Shown piece by piece: positions 1 through 10,730 of a stretch of DNA of 64,000 nt. Each line of letters opens with the position of its first letter. The stretch's first letter is position 1. The DNA is from Octopus sinensis. Lineage: Eukaryota. The notes beneath the pieces were generated by a model. That model did no database searches, was not told where the DNA came from, and saw nothing but the letters and a program-made list of their open reading frames with translations. The translations under genes were made by a program, and so were the position numbers. Location: contig NC_043005.1 of assembly GCF_006345805.1 (NCBI RefSeq), positions 20,150,001 through 20,214,000 of the forward strand, in the 5' to 3' direction.

Positions 1-960
1 CTGCGCCTATATGTCTGTTTTCTTTGCTAGCATGGATTAGATTTTATTACAACAAAAACATTGATTTCAAAAACTATTGGCAATGTGGAGTTAAAAGTTG
101 TTTTATCAAATGAAAGAGATCTCAAAAGAAACCTTACAAGATTCTAACTCTGCAAATCAAAGAACAATCTTAAAGACAAAAAAGAAAAAAGAAAGAAAAT
201 TGATCCAAATGCCAGTGACAGTTGTAAAATCCCTATTTAGAAGAGGCTTTAGGCTCTCATCCACCAATGATGTACTAGATGAAGAAATCTGCTAAATAAA
301 ACAAACACTTTTCAACAGCAGGTATTCTAACAAGCAAGCAGACCAAGCCATAGAAACAATACAAGAAGAAATACAATGCTACAAATATATCAGACACTGC
401 AACTATAAAACTGCATAAACTATGCATAAAGTGTTTTAAACAAATTTAGTATATATTAACCATAGAATAGATGGACTCACTATTAATAAGCTTGTGAAAC
501 AGAAAACAAAATGCATTATTTCTAAATCATAAATTAACACAATACATTACAAAAGACATGTGGAAAAGGACCGAGGAGCAACTGCCGTGCCCTACATCAC
601 ACAACACAAAAAGAAACATCAGTGATCATCATGTTTACACTCTACAGAATTCTTCACTAAAATAGATTATTAATTATGGAAGAAATACTGATAAAAATAT
701 TGAATAAATACACAGACAGTGTACACTAATTGCAAACAAAAATAAATGTTTGACTGATGACATAGATTGGAATTCTGACAGTAATGTCCATGCCAATCAG
801 ATTGACCTCAATATAAAAAGGTAACAACACTTATCAACATCATTTTTTCCTGAAGATGAACCTTTGAAAGTCTACAAATGTTGATGAGGTATTTATTGTA
901 AGGAAATTACAATGAAATCATACAAAAATCTAAAAAACTCAAAGAAAAAGAATTAGGACA
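1..960 (+). mobile_element. Degenerate Penelope-like retroelement (PLE), 3' part: RT thumb, GIY-YIG remnant, terminal hammerhead remnant
   Basis: Manual translation gives VVKSLFRRGFRLSSTNDVLDEEIC*IKQTLFNSRYSNKQADQAI, matching the PLE post-RT pattern (SL..RA.R.CS....L.EE...I...L..NGYP). A later frame reads KTCGKGPRSNCRALHHTT (GIY-YIG-like CxxxxxxxC). CTGAAGA...GAAAGTC occurs at 850-872. Stops and frameshifts present. Confidence 0.6.
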
Positions 961-1013
961 CAGTTCTGTTTCCACCCAGTATACTCTACCTTCACTCATT
1001 CTCTACTGCCAAT

Positions 1014-1065
<52 letters not shown>

Positions 1066-1522
1066 TTCTCTCTCTCTCCAATCACTCTATTCTTACTCTC
1101 TTTACCCATCCTTTCTGTCCTTTATGTCATTGCTCACTCTTCTATGCATCTTAGAGTAGTGAGTACTCTTTGCTCTTAAGGCAGCCCTACACATTGCTGC
1201 TACTCTTATAAAATGCTCTTGGTACTTTCTGCAAAGCGGTTAGCCAACGAGTGGAAAAAGCATAGAGCTGAGATGATCCTTTAGTTTTGTCTTGCTGAAG
1301 ACAGGACAAGCACTCTATGCTGGTGCCACATATTAAATGCAACTTGTACATTCTGTAGGCAGAGCATCAAATAAAAGAAACCAAGTTGAAAATAAGACAT
1401 AGAAGCAATCTATGATCTTCCATCCTATGTATGAGAGCAATAGTTCCCAATAAGACGATGTCTAACATATGCCAGCATGCAAAGTGGGTATAAAATAATG
1501 ATAATGATGATTATGTATACAT

Positions 1523-1556
<34 letters not shown>

Positions 1557-1768
1557 CCATGTTTGTCTATCAATAAGGATTGTATAAACGGTTTCAATTT
1601 TGATATAATACCATTCATGTGTGATGTGTATGCAGTGTGTTTGCACCTGTTCTTGTGTATTTGTATTCACATGTATGTATGTGTATTATGTATGTGTGTG
1701 TGTGTGGTGTGTGTGTGTGTACACACACAAGAATATATATCTATATATATATAGTATAGATATTAAAG

Positions 1769-1811
<43 letters not shown>

Positions 1812-2369
1812 TAAATAAATGGAGTTTAACGCAGGTGTAAACTATTTATTTATTTTGTCCGTGTTAACTAGGTAAAAATACACTCATCTATTTATATATA
1901 TATATATATATATCATCATCATCATCATCATCGTTTAACGTCCGTTTTCCTTGCTAGCATGGGTTGGACGGTTTGACCGGGGTCTGGGAAGCCAGGAGGC
2001 TGCACCAGGCTCCAGTCTGATCTGGCAGTGTGTCAACAGCTGGATGCCCTTCCTAATGCCAACCACTCCATGAGTGTAGTGGGTGCTTTTTACATGCCAC
2101 TGGCACAGAAGCCAATCAAGGCGGCACTGGCATCAGCCACATACGGATGGTGCTTTTTATGTGCCACTAGCACAGGTACCACAACTACAATTTCCATTTA
2201 ATTTTTTGATGTTGATGTGCTTGACTCAATAGGTCTCCTCAAGTACAGCAGGTCACCCTACGATCCAAGGTAAGCACAGCAGGCTGTTCTGTGATCCAAG
2301 GCACTTTGGATAGGCTGGGGCTTCTATGTGAAGCTGGTGCAGGAAACAGCCATGAACTCACATTATTTG

Positions 2370-3330
2370 TCAGGTCTGCACAGTCACAGCATATCTCCAG
2401 AGGTCTCGGTCTTTTGTCATTGCCTCTGTGAGACCCAACGTTCGAAGGTCATGCTTGACCACCTCATCCCATGTCTTCCTGGGTCTACCTCTACCCCGGA
2501 TTCCTTCAACTGTTTGGGAGTAGCACTTCACACATCTCTCCTCATCCATCCGTAGTACATGACCATACCAGCACAGACGTTTCTTTTGCATGCCACATCT
2601 AATGCTTCTTATGTCCAGCATTTCTCTCAGGGCACATACACTCTGTCGTGTATGTACACTGACATTACACATCCAGCGGATCATACTAGCTTCATTTCTT
2701 TCAAGCCTACACATGTCCTCTGCAGTCGCAGCCCATGTTTCACTACCCTGAAGCATGGCAGTTCGCACACATGCGTCGTACAATCTACTTTTCACTCTGA
2801 GTGAGAGACCCTTTGTCACCAGTAGGGGTAGGAGCTTTCTAAATTTTGCCCAGGCTATTCTTATTCTATTGGTAACACTCTCTGAGCATCCACCCCCTCT
2901 ACTAACTTGGTCACCTAGGTAGCGGAAACTATCAACTACTTCTAGTTTCTCCCCTAGGAGTGTAATGGTATCTGTTTTTTGAGTATCAGTGGTGTCTAAT
3001 GCCCCTGTGCATCTGCCACACATGAAAGCTATCTTCTCGGTTAATTTTCCTTTGATGGTGCTGCACCTCTTATGTGTCCATAGCTTACACTGGGCACATC
3101 TTATGAAGTTTCTACCTACACCTTTTCTACAGATCGAGCAGGGCCACCTACCTGAAGGGGTGTGTGGTGTGTTTGCCTTCCTATTTACTAGAACTTTGGT
3201 CTTTGCTACATTGACTCTAAGGCCTTTTGATTCTAAACCTAGTTTCCAAACCCGAAATTTCTTTTCTAGTTCTGGTAGTGATTCTGCTATGAGGGCCAGG
3301 TCATCAGCATGGAGGAGCTCCCAGGGGAAC
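2370..3330 (-). pseudogene. RTE RT C-terminal part with embedded PHD-type C4HC3 finger
   Basis: Manual translation: PWELLHADDLALIAESLPELEKKFRVWKLGLESKGLRVNVAKTKVL...CSICRKGVGRNFIRCAQCKLWTHKRC...FMCGRC..., continuous into ORF 2370-3023. Confidence 0.85.
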
Positions 3331-4078
3331 CCATCTTGAATTCCTCTGTTATTGCCTGGAGGACTATGATGAATAAAAGGGGACTGAGGGCTGAACCTTG
3401 GTGGACCCCTACTTCTACCCGGAATTCTTCACTATACTTATTGCCAATCCTAACCTTGCTGACGGCCTCTCTGTATAGGGCCTGTACAGCCCTTATTAAC
3501 CATTCGTCAATCTCCAGTTTCTGCATCGCCCACCAGATAAGGGATCGGGGGACCCTGTCAAAGGCTTTCTCCAAGTCCACGAAAGCTATGTAGAGGGGTT
3601 TATCTTTAGCTTGGTATTTCTGCTGCAGTTGTCGAACCAGGAATATGGCATCAGTGGTGCTTCTACCTGGCACAAAACCGAACTGCATCTCACCTAAGCA
3701 GACTCTCTCCCTAATGAGATGGGATATGACCCTCTCTGTGACCTTCATCACCTGATCCAACAGTTTAATACCCTTGTAGTTATTTCTATCAAGAGCATCA
3801 CCTTTACCCTTGTAGCAGTTGACTATGGTGCTGCTACGCCAGTCATTGGGTATGACTCCATTATGAACTACCTGGTTTACAATGCGGGTGACTAGGCCAT
3901 AGCCCACACCACCAGATGTTTTAAGCATCTGAGCAGTGATTCCTGATGGGCCAGGGGATTTTCCTGGCTTCATACCCTTAATTGCTTTATCTACTAGGGA
4001 GCTGTCTATTCGGATAGCTGGTCCCTCTACTGGGTCAACATTTGGAGAGGCTCTCCTCCTCTCATTCATTCTCCACAT
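3287..4078 (-). pseudogene. RTE reverse transcriptase, N-terminal part
   Basis: Classic RT subdomain motifs in the ORF track; frame is lost just before the catalytic motif. Confidence 0.9.
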
Positions 4079-4332
4079 TCAGCAGTCTCCCGTTCATTCT
4101 CCACAAATAAGAATTAACGGGTGGGAAGTATCATTTTTTTTTATTTATATATATTCAAGCATAAAAAGTTTTTGGATTTTCCTGAAGAAAATTCTTTACA
4201 AAAATTTTTATATCAGTGTATAAATAAATAAAGAAACCATACCTTCACATCACTACATATGATTAAATTTTTTTCTATATATATAATATTAATAAACTAC
4301 ACTATTCACTACCAGAAGTTTTTATTCCTATT

Positions 4333-4405
<73 letters not shown>

Positions 4406-4674
4406 GTGTGCATGTGTGTGGCTTTGTACATAATTATGTGTGTCTCTGTAAACCTGCTTCTATGTTTTTGTGCGTGCATGGGTGATGTGGGTGGTATGGT
4501 TGTGCTAGCACATGTTTATATGTGTGTATGTGTCTCTGTGCCTCTGTAATGTAAATGTGCATTGATATACATGTGTGTGTATGTGTGTGAGTGTGCGCAC
4601 TATGTTTATATGTTGGGTTGCGTATGTTTATGTAGATATATATGTATATAAGTATATATATGTATACATACGAT

Positions 4675-4713
<39 letters not shown>

Positions 4714-5454
4714 TCACACACATCTGACTGTAAGGCTCTCAGTGTATATACATGTATGTATACACACATACACACACCTGTGTGTATTTCTAGTTATTAT
4801 ATTGTCCTTGATATGCAAAAAGATAATTCTAAAAATATCCATTCTATATTTTATTTAACTGCGTTTTTAAATAGTTTCACACCTTTCTCTTCTTGCTTCT
4901 TCATCCTAATCCTCATCATCATCACATCTTTTTTTTTCTCTTATCTTACTTCTTCTTTTGGCTTCTTTATTTTCTTACTGTTTTGTTGTTGTTGTTGTTG
5001 TTGTTGTTTTTGTTCTCTGTTTTCTCCTGTTTAAGTCTTCTCCACCTCCTCCTTCTCCTTTCACAATCACAGTTATGGTATTAACATCCGTTTTATTTTC
5101 TTCTTATGCTGACATGGGTTGAGTATCTCTACATGCACAACATACCACATGTCAGTTTTGCATCCTTTGTGATTTTGAAAGTCCCAGCACCTCAAGATCA
5201 AACCCAACTGCTTCCTCGATAAACAAGCCTTCATCTTTGTCTCATTTTCATCGATCAACTACATGAGTGAGCGTGAAACATTTTTTTTTACTTTAGAAAT
5301 GAAAATTACATTAATTGAAGTGTAATCTTAATAAAACCTCATTAAAATTTTATCTAATTTTCAAAGAAATATAATTATATTTATTAAGAAAATATGATTA
5401 TGAATACTAAAGTGAGAAATAAAAATGTAAACTGATCTTTTAATGACCTCTTCT

Positions 5455-5492
5455 TTTTCTTCTTCTTCTTCTTCTTCTTCTTCTTCTTCTTC

Positions 5493-5585
<93 letters not shown>

Positions 5586-5715
5586 TTCTTCTTCTTCTTC
5601 TTCTTCATCTTCTCCTTCTTCATCTCCTTCTTCATCTTCTTCATCTTCTTCTTCTTCCTCATCATCATCATCATCATCATCATCGCCACCACCACCACCG
5701 TCGCCACCACCACCA
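5455..5715. repeat. Compound (CTT)n/(CAT)n/(CAC)n microsatellite
   Basis: Directly visible; source of the poly-S, poly-M and poly-K ORFs. Confidence 0.95.
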
Positions 5716-5899
5716 CTTTAACATCTACTTTTCCATGCTTTCATGGGTCACATGAGAGTCTGTTGAGAGAGTTTTTTTTTTATGGATTGTTGCTCTTCCT
5801 GTCACCAAATAATACTGTACAAGCAAAAAAAAAACATAAATATTTTATGCAAATCCCCAATTTCAACAATCTTTCTTTTTCCGTAGCTATAACAGCAGA

Positions 5900-6090
5900 A
5901 AATGAAATGAAGTGGAATCAATTTCCAAACCATTACACAATGGTAAACCACGGTCTTTATTCTGTAGATCCCAATGATGAGACTTTACATACAAACACAG
6001 CAGAAGTAATGGGGAGTTTCATTGAAAGTATATATTGCATTGTCCATGGAACTTCAGACAATCTCTTCTCAACTTACAAGAGTTTACCTG
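5900..6090 (+). mobile_element. Merlin/ISXO2-like (IS1595-family) transposase C-terminal remnant
   Basis: HYTMVNHGLYSVDPNDETLHTNTAEVMGSFIESIYCIVHGTSDNLFSTY resembles the ISXO2-type H.TVNH...FVDP..G.HTN.IE..W.......HGTS..LF.SYL pattern. No TIRs identified. Confidence 0.55.
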
Positions 6091-6203
6091 GCATCATTTC
6101 ACATGCACAAAGCATCATTTCTGCAAACATGAAATACATTTGCTTTATAAATGAATTTAATTGATGGAAATTATGTGGAAGTCTGTTGTGTATGTGTATA
6201 TAT

Positions 6204-6525
6204 GAGGGCGCGTAGCTTAGTGGTTAGGGCATTCGGCTCATGATCGTAAGGTTGTGAGTTCGATTCCCGGCGACGCGTTGTGTCCTTGAGCAAGACACTT
6301 TATTTCACGTTGCTCCAGTCCACTCAGCTGGCAAAAATGAGTTGTACTTGTATTTCAAAGGGTCAGCCTTGTCACTCTCTGTGTCACGCTGATTATCCCC
6401 GAGAACTACGTTAAGGGTACACGTGTCTGTGGAATGCTCAGCCATTTGCACGTTAATTTCACGAGCAAGCTGTTCCGTTGATCGTATCAGCTGGGACCCT
6501 CGTCGTCGTAACCGGCGGAGTCTTT
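6204..6525 (+). mobile_element. tRNA-derived SINE with GTGTCCTTGAGCAAGACACTT-type core
   Basis: A box TAGCTTAGTGG, B box GAGTTCGATTCC, conserved core; CpG-rich, suggesting a young copy. Confidence 0.85.
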
Positions 6526-6556
6526 AATGTGTATATATATATATATATATATATAT

Positions 6557-6814
6557 GTATGCGTATGTGTTCATGCATACACGTGCATGTATCTGTACGC
6601 TTATTTATATCTGCTGCTTCTTATTTGAAAGTGACAACATTCACACAGTGTTCTGTTGATATTCCTCAATATATCACCTCCTTGCTTTGTGCCTTCAAAC
6701 CCATGAGGAATAAGAGATCTCTTACTTGAAAAACAGGTAAGGCTTAAACTATAAAACAATGCCTCAGTAATGTATCTGTCTTACACATATTAGCATTAAA
6801 AAAATGAACAGAAG

Positions 6815-6857
<43 letters not shown>

Positions 6858-7121
6858 TGTATGCGTATGTGTTCATGCATACACGTGCATGTATCTGTAC
6901 GCTTATTTATATCTGCTGCTTCTTATTTGAAAGTGACAACATTCACACAGTGTTCTGTTGATATTCCTCAATATATCACCTCCTTGCTTTGTGCCTTCAA
7001 ACCCATGAGGAATAAGAGATCTCTTACTTGAAAAACAGGTAAGGCTTAAACTATAAAACAATGCCTTAGTAATGTATTTGTCTTACACATATTAGCATTA
7101 AAAAAATGAACAAAAAGCAAA
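6557..7121. repeat. Near-identical tandem duplication, about 262 bp x2 (period 302), bounded by (TA)n tracts
   Basis: 6557-6818 vs 6859-7121 differ at only a few positions. Confidence 0.95.
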
Positions 7122-7175
7122 TATATATATATATATATATATATCATCATCATCATCATCATCGTTTAGCGTCCG

Positions 7176-7445
7176 TATACTCAATATAAAATAGTGTACA
7201 TTTAAACACAAGAGAAAACTACCTTTAACAGGTCGTTTTTACATGCTAGAAGAAGCAGTTAAAACGACCAAAACCACAATTAAGAGCAATTTTTGAAGAG
7301 AATGAAAAATAAAAATTTTACCTTGTTATAATTGATCTTAAATGTGGTTTTGGTCATTTTGACTGCTTCTTCTACCGTGTAAAAACTACCTGTTAAAAGT
7401 AGTTCTCTCTTGTGTTTAAATGTACACTACTTTATATTGAGAATA
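7176..7445. mobile_element. Palindromic MITE
   Basis: TACTCAATATAAA...TTTATATTGAGAATA; arms of about 110 bp are complementary. Confidence 0.85.
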
Positions 7446-7536
7446 TGTTGTCTATTGACTTTTTATACATGCTAGGTCACTGGTGGTGAAATTTCTAATA
7501 TATATATATATATAATTTCTAATATATATATATATA

Positions 7537-7760
7537 TTCTTTTATCCTTTTACTTGTTTCAGTCATTTTACTGTGGCCATGTTGGGGCACCACCTTTCGT
7601 CGAACAAATTGGCTCCAGGATTTATTCTTTGTAAGCCTAGTACTTATTCTATCAGTCTCTTTTGCCAAACTGCTAAGTGACGGGGATGTAAACACACCAA
7701 CGTTGGTTGTTAAGCAATGGGGGGGGGGACAAACACAGACACAAATAACAAACACACGCA
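7537..7760 (-). mobile_element. 3' half of the abundant tRNA-SINE family (octopus OK-like)
   Basis: Matches the 3' half of the full copies at 49385-49788 and 60239-60658. Confidence 0.85.
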
Positions 7761-7772
7761 CACACGGATATA

Positions 7773-9031
7773 CAGGGGTTGGACAAAATAATGGAAACAC
7801 CTTATTATTTCAAACAAGTTATTTTAATATGGGGTAGGACCACCTTTAGCAGTAATTACAACTTGAATTCTACAGGGTATGGACTCGTACAAAGTTGAAT
7901 TGTTCCCAGAGGAATTTTTGTCCATTCTTCAGCTAAAACAGTTCCCAGTTCTTGTAGTGATGATGGTGAAGGATATCGACTCCTTATTTGTTTTTCTAAA
8001 ATGCACCATAAATGTTCAATGATATTGAGATCTGGGGACTGTGGTGGCCAGATAAGATGTTCAACTTCACTAGAATGTTCCTTGTGCCATTTAGTAACAA
8101 CTTTAACTGTGTGAATTGGTGCATCATCCTGAAAGATTGTGTTTCCCTCCAGAAACAGTTCCACAACCATAGGATAATTTGATCAGATAAAATGCTTAAA
8201 TAGTCCTGACTATTAATTCTGCAATGAAGGGAAACCATTGGGCCGGTGGGTTTCCAATATATAGACCCCCACCCCCAATCAGCATAGATCCTCCTCCATG
8301 TTTAACAGTTGGAAGAAGGCAGTCTGGGTCAAACGCTTTCTTTTAGCTGTCTCTACACGTATACTTGGCCGGTGGTCAGAAAAAAGGATGACTTGTCCAA
8401 GAAAATAACATTCTTCCACTGCTCTAGGGACCAATTCTGTAGGTTTTTACTCCACTCTAAAAGCTTTGCAATGTATGTTTTTGAAAGTAGTGATTTTCTG
8501 ATGGTAGCCCTCCCATGAAATCTGGCTTTGTACAGCTCCCAGTGAACAGTTTTTGTAGAAACTGGGTTCTCGAGGTGGTCATTAAGTTCTGCTGTAATTT
8601 TGGGAGCTGTACTTTTGTGATCCTTTCTAGCAACTCATGTAAGAGTCCAATGGTCCATATCTGAAAGTTTTGGTTTTCTTCCAGAGTTTTGTTAAATCGT
8701 TTCCCTCTTTCCCAAAGGCTGTCATTATTTTTGAGACAGTACTTCTTGATACACCAAGCATTTCGGCTGTTTTCATTATGCTAACACTTTCCATATGAGC
8801 ACCAACAATTTGACCTATTTGAAAGTCAGATAGATCTGTCATTTTAATGAATTTTAATTACATTTTTCTGATGATATCTGAAAAGAAACAGCAATTTTGG
8901 CAAAACATATTAAGCAACACTACTGATAAATCAAAAGACATATAAAAAAACAAGCTTTTGATGGTTTTATAGATATTTGAAAATTATGATGCCATGATGC
9001 TAGGTGTTTCCCTTATTTTGTCCAACCCCTG
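7773..9031 (-). mobile_element. Tc1-family DNA transposon, decayed transposase
   Basis: TIR CAGGGGTTGGACAAAATAATGGAAACACC / GGTGTTTCCCTTATTTTGTCCAACCCCTG; left TA flank. HTH DLSDFQIGQIVGAH...LGVSRSTVSK; DDE pieces QDDAPIHT and WPPQSPDLNIIEHLW; frameshifted. Confidence 0.95.
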
Positions 9032-9112
9032 AGGGGGTGCTGAAAAATTCCTGGCTTTAAGTAAAAGAAAATACAGGAGGATCAGTTAATTATGATTTTA
9101 TTCAACATATTC
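9031..9112. mobile_element. Mariner-like TIR fragment fused to the Tc1 end
   Basis: GAGGGGGTGCTGAAAAATTCCTGGC...TTATTCAACATATTCC replaces the expected right TA target-site duplication. Confidence 0.55.
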
Positions 9113-9135
9113 CTGTCTCTCTCTCTCTCTTTCTC

Positions 9136-9215
<80 letters not shown>

Positions 9216-9294
9216 ATATATATAAATATATGCAAATATGCATACATATATGTACATACCTACATATATATGTATATATACATGCATATATGGG

Positions 9295-9690
9295 TACTGG
9301 ACATCAAAAAAAGGTTGAACACAATGAGAAACGAAAACATAAAAACAAAAACATAGAGAACAAACTTTTTTTGAACAACGAAAAAGAAACAGAGAAACGA
9401 GACATGCAACATAAAGAACAGTCCCCTTCATCAGTTGTCCTTGTTTCATCTACTCCCCTTTACGAAGGCAAGGACAATACATGACTTCATTGAAACAGTC
9501 CTTCCTACAAAGCAAATTAAATAAAATTTGGGATTTTTTGCAGAGGGTGAAAGTTGTAACAAGAACAGGACAGTGAGAACAAGACAGTAAAAACAAACAT
9601 TGAGGGCTGTTGAGCCAAGACAATAGAAAAATTATTATGAATGCTAGGAAGATGAGCTTATGAGAGGAGACAAGTATAAGCATGTGCTTT
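9295..9690 (-). mobile_element. Non-autonomous element related to 21890-22620 (possibly PLE-derived)
   Basis: Shared blocks GGACA(T/C)CAAAAA..GTTGAACAC, TCCCCTTC(A/T)TCAG N8 GTTTCATCTACT, GCAGAGGG and GGGCTGTT. Confidence 0.6.
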
Positions 9691-10039
9691 TTATTAATAA
9701 TTGGTAGACACTACAGAGTGGCCCAAGGGCCTAGTGTTTTTTGTGTTGAGAGCATGAATCTTTAGCTACCACAAGTTGGAACACAGCCAACTATAGGTAG
9801 GCCTACTGAATCAGAACTGACCTGAGGTTAAACAACAACAGGCAAAAAATGGTTGAGTGGATAAACTACTTGGTTTGTAACCCAAAGAACATCAGTTCAA
9901 ATCTCTTAGAATTAATTAGTCAAAATTTCTCTTTTTCACCTACTTTGGTAGGAGTAAACGATTCACTTTTTTGAGATTAACCTCTTATACATGAGAAAAC
10001 TGATTACTCTGTTGTGCATGTACAGTAAGTTTTAACATT

Positions 10040-10730
10040 CTAGCTCACTTCCACTGTTTACAGCAGTACTTGGAAGGAATGTGTGTAGTGTGTGATCATC
10101 AGAGAAGGTTGAGCAGATAATCTGCATCTAATTTTGCCAAAAGTTTGGTGATACTTTCTCAGAGGCCTATGCAAAGTTTTCAAAAAGTCTTCATTGTTCT
10201 CAACACAATCAAGATCTTGAGTAACAGAAACCTGAGTGTCTTCCTGGTCAACTGAAAGCAGTTTTGGCACAAACTTGGCAGGCACGTGTCTCATACCCAA
10301 AGCTTCAGTGATAATGGACTGAACTGAACCGTAACTAATCCGCACATTCTCTGATAACTCATGGATGGGGATTTGATGATTTCCCCTCACAGCTGCACAC
10401 ACATCTGCAATGTTTTTCTCAATTCTGCTGGTTGTAGGTCTCCCAGAACATTCGTCAATATTGACATTTTTTCAGCCGTCTTGGAAACGTCTGAGACACT
10501 TTTGTACTTGTGTGCAGCTCATACAGTCCTCTCCATATACATCCTGCAACTTTGTGTTGGCCTCTGAGCAGGTATCACCATGACAGTTTTCTCTGTCATG
10601 GTTAATGTGACAATTACACACTACACACCTTCCTACCAAGCACTGCTGTAAACAGCGGAAGTGAGCTAGAATGCTAAAACTTAGTGCACAATCACAGCAA
10701 AGTTCAAGGTCAATTTTTGCCAAGCAGCTT
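10040..10730 (-). mobile_element. Mariner (DD34D-type) N-terminal remnant with an inverted second 5' copy at about 10040-10195
   Basis: Minus strand: TKLQDVYGEDCMSCTQV and IHELSENVRISYGSVQSIITEALGMRHVPAKFVPKLLSVDQ. Plus strand: FCQKFGDTFSEAY with the same leader TCACTTCC.CTGTTTACAGCAGT. Confidence 0.8.

Larger units (their letters stand above)
1912..4082 (-). mobile_element. 5'-truncated RTE-clade LINE (RT, C-terminal region, 3' UTR, (ATG)n tail); inactive
   Basis: ORFs 3287-4078 (QFGFVPGRSTTDAIF, FVDLEKAFDRVP, GVHQGSALSPLLF) and 2370-3023 (FRYLG, RLCWYGHVLRM, GRGRPRKTW). A frameshift near 3330 joins them. Catalytic motif reads ELLHADD (YADD to HADD). 3' UTR spans about 1912-2370. Confidence 0.95.

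Noticed and set aside
6204-6285. tRNA-like cloverleafs (also at 25198, 52971 and 60239)
   Set aside because: They continue into SINE cores and tails with imperfect acceptor stems; these are SINE heads, not tRNA genes.
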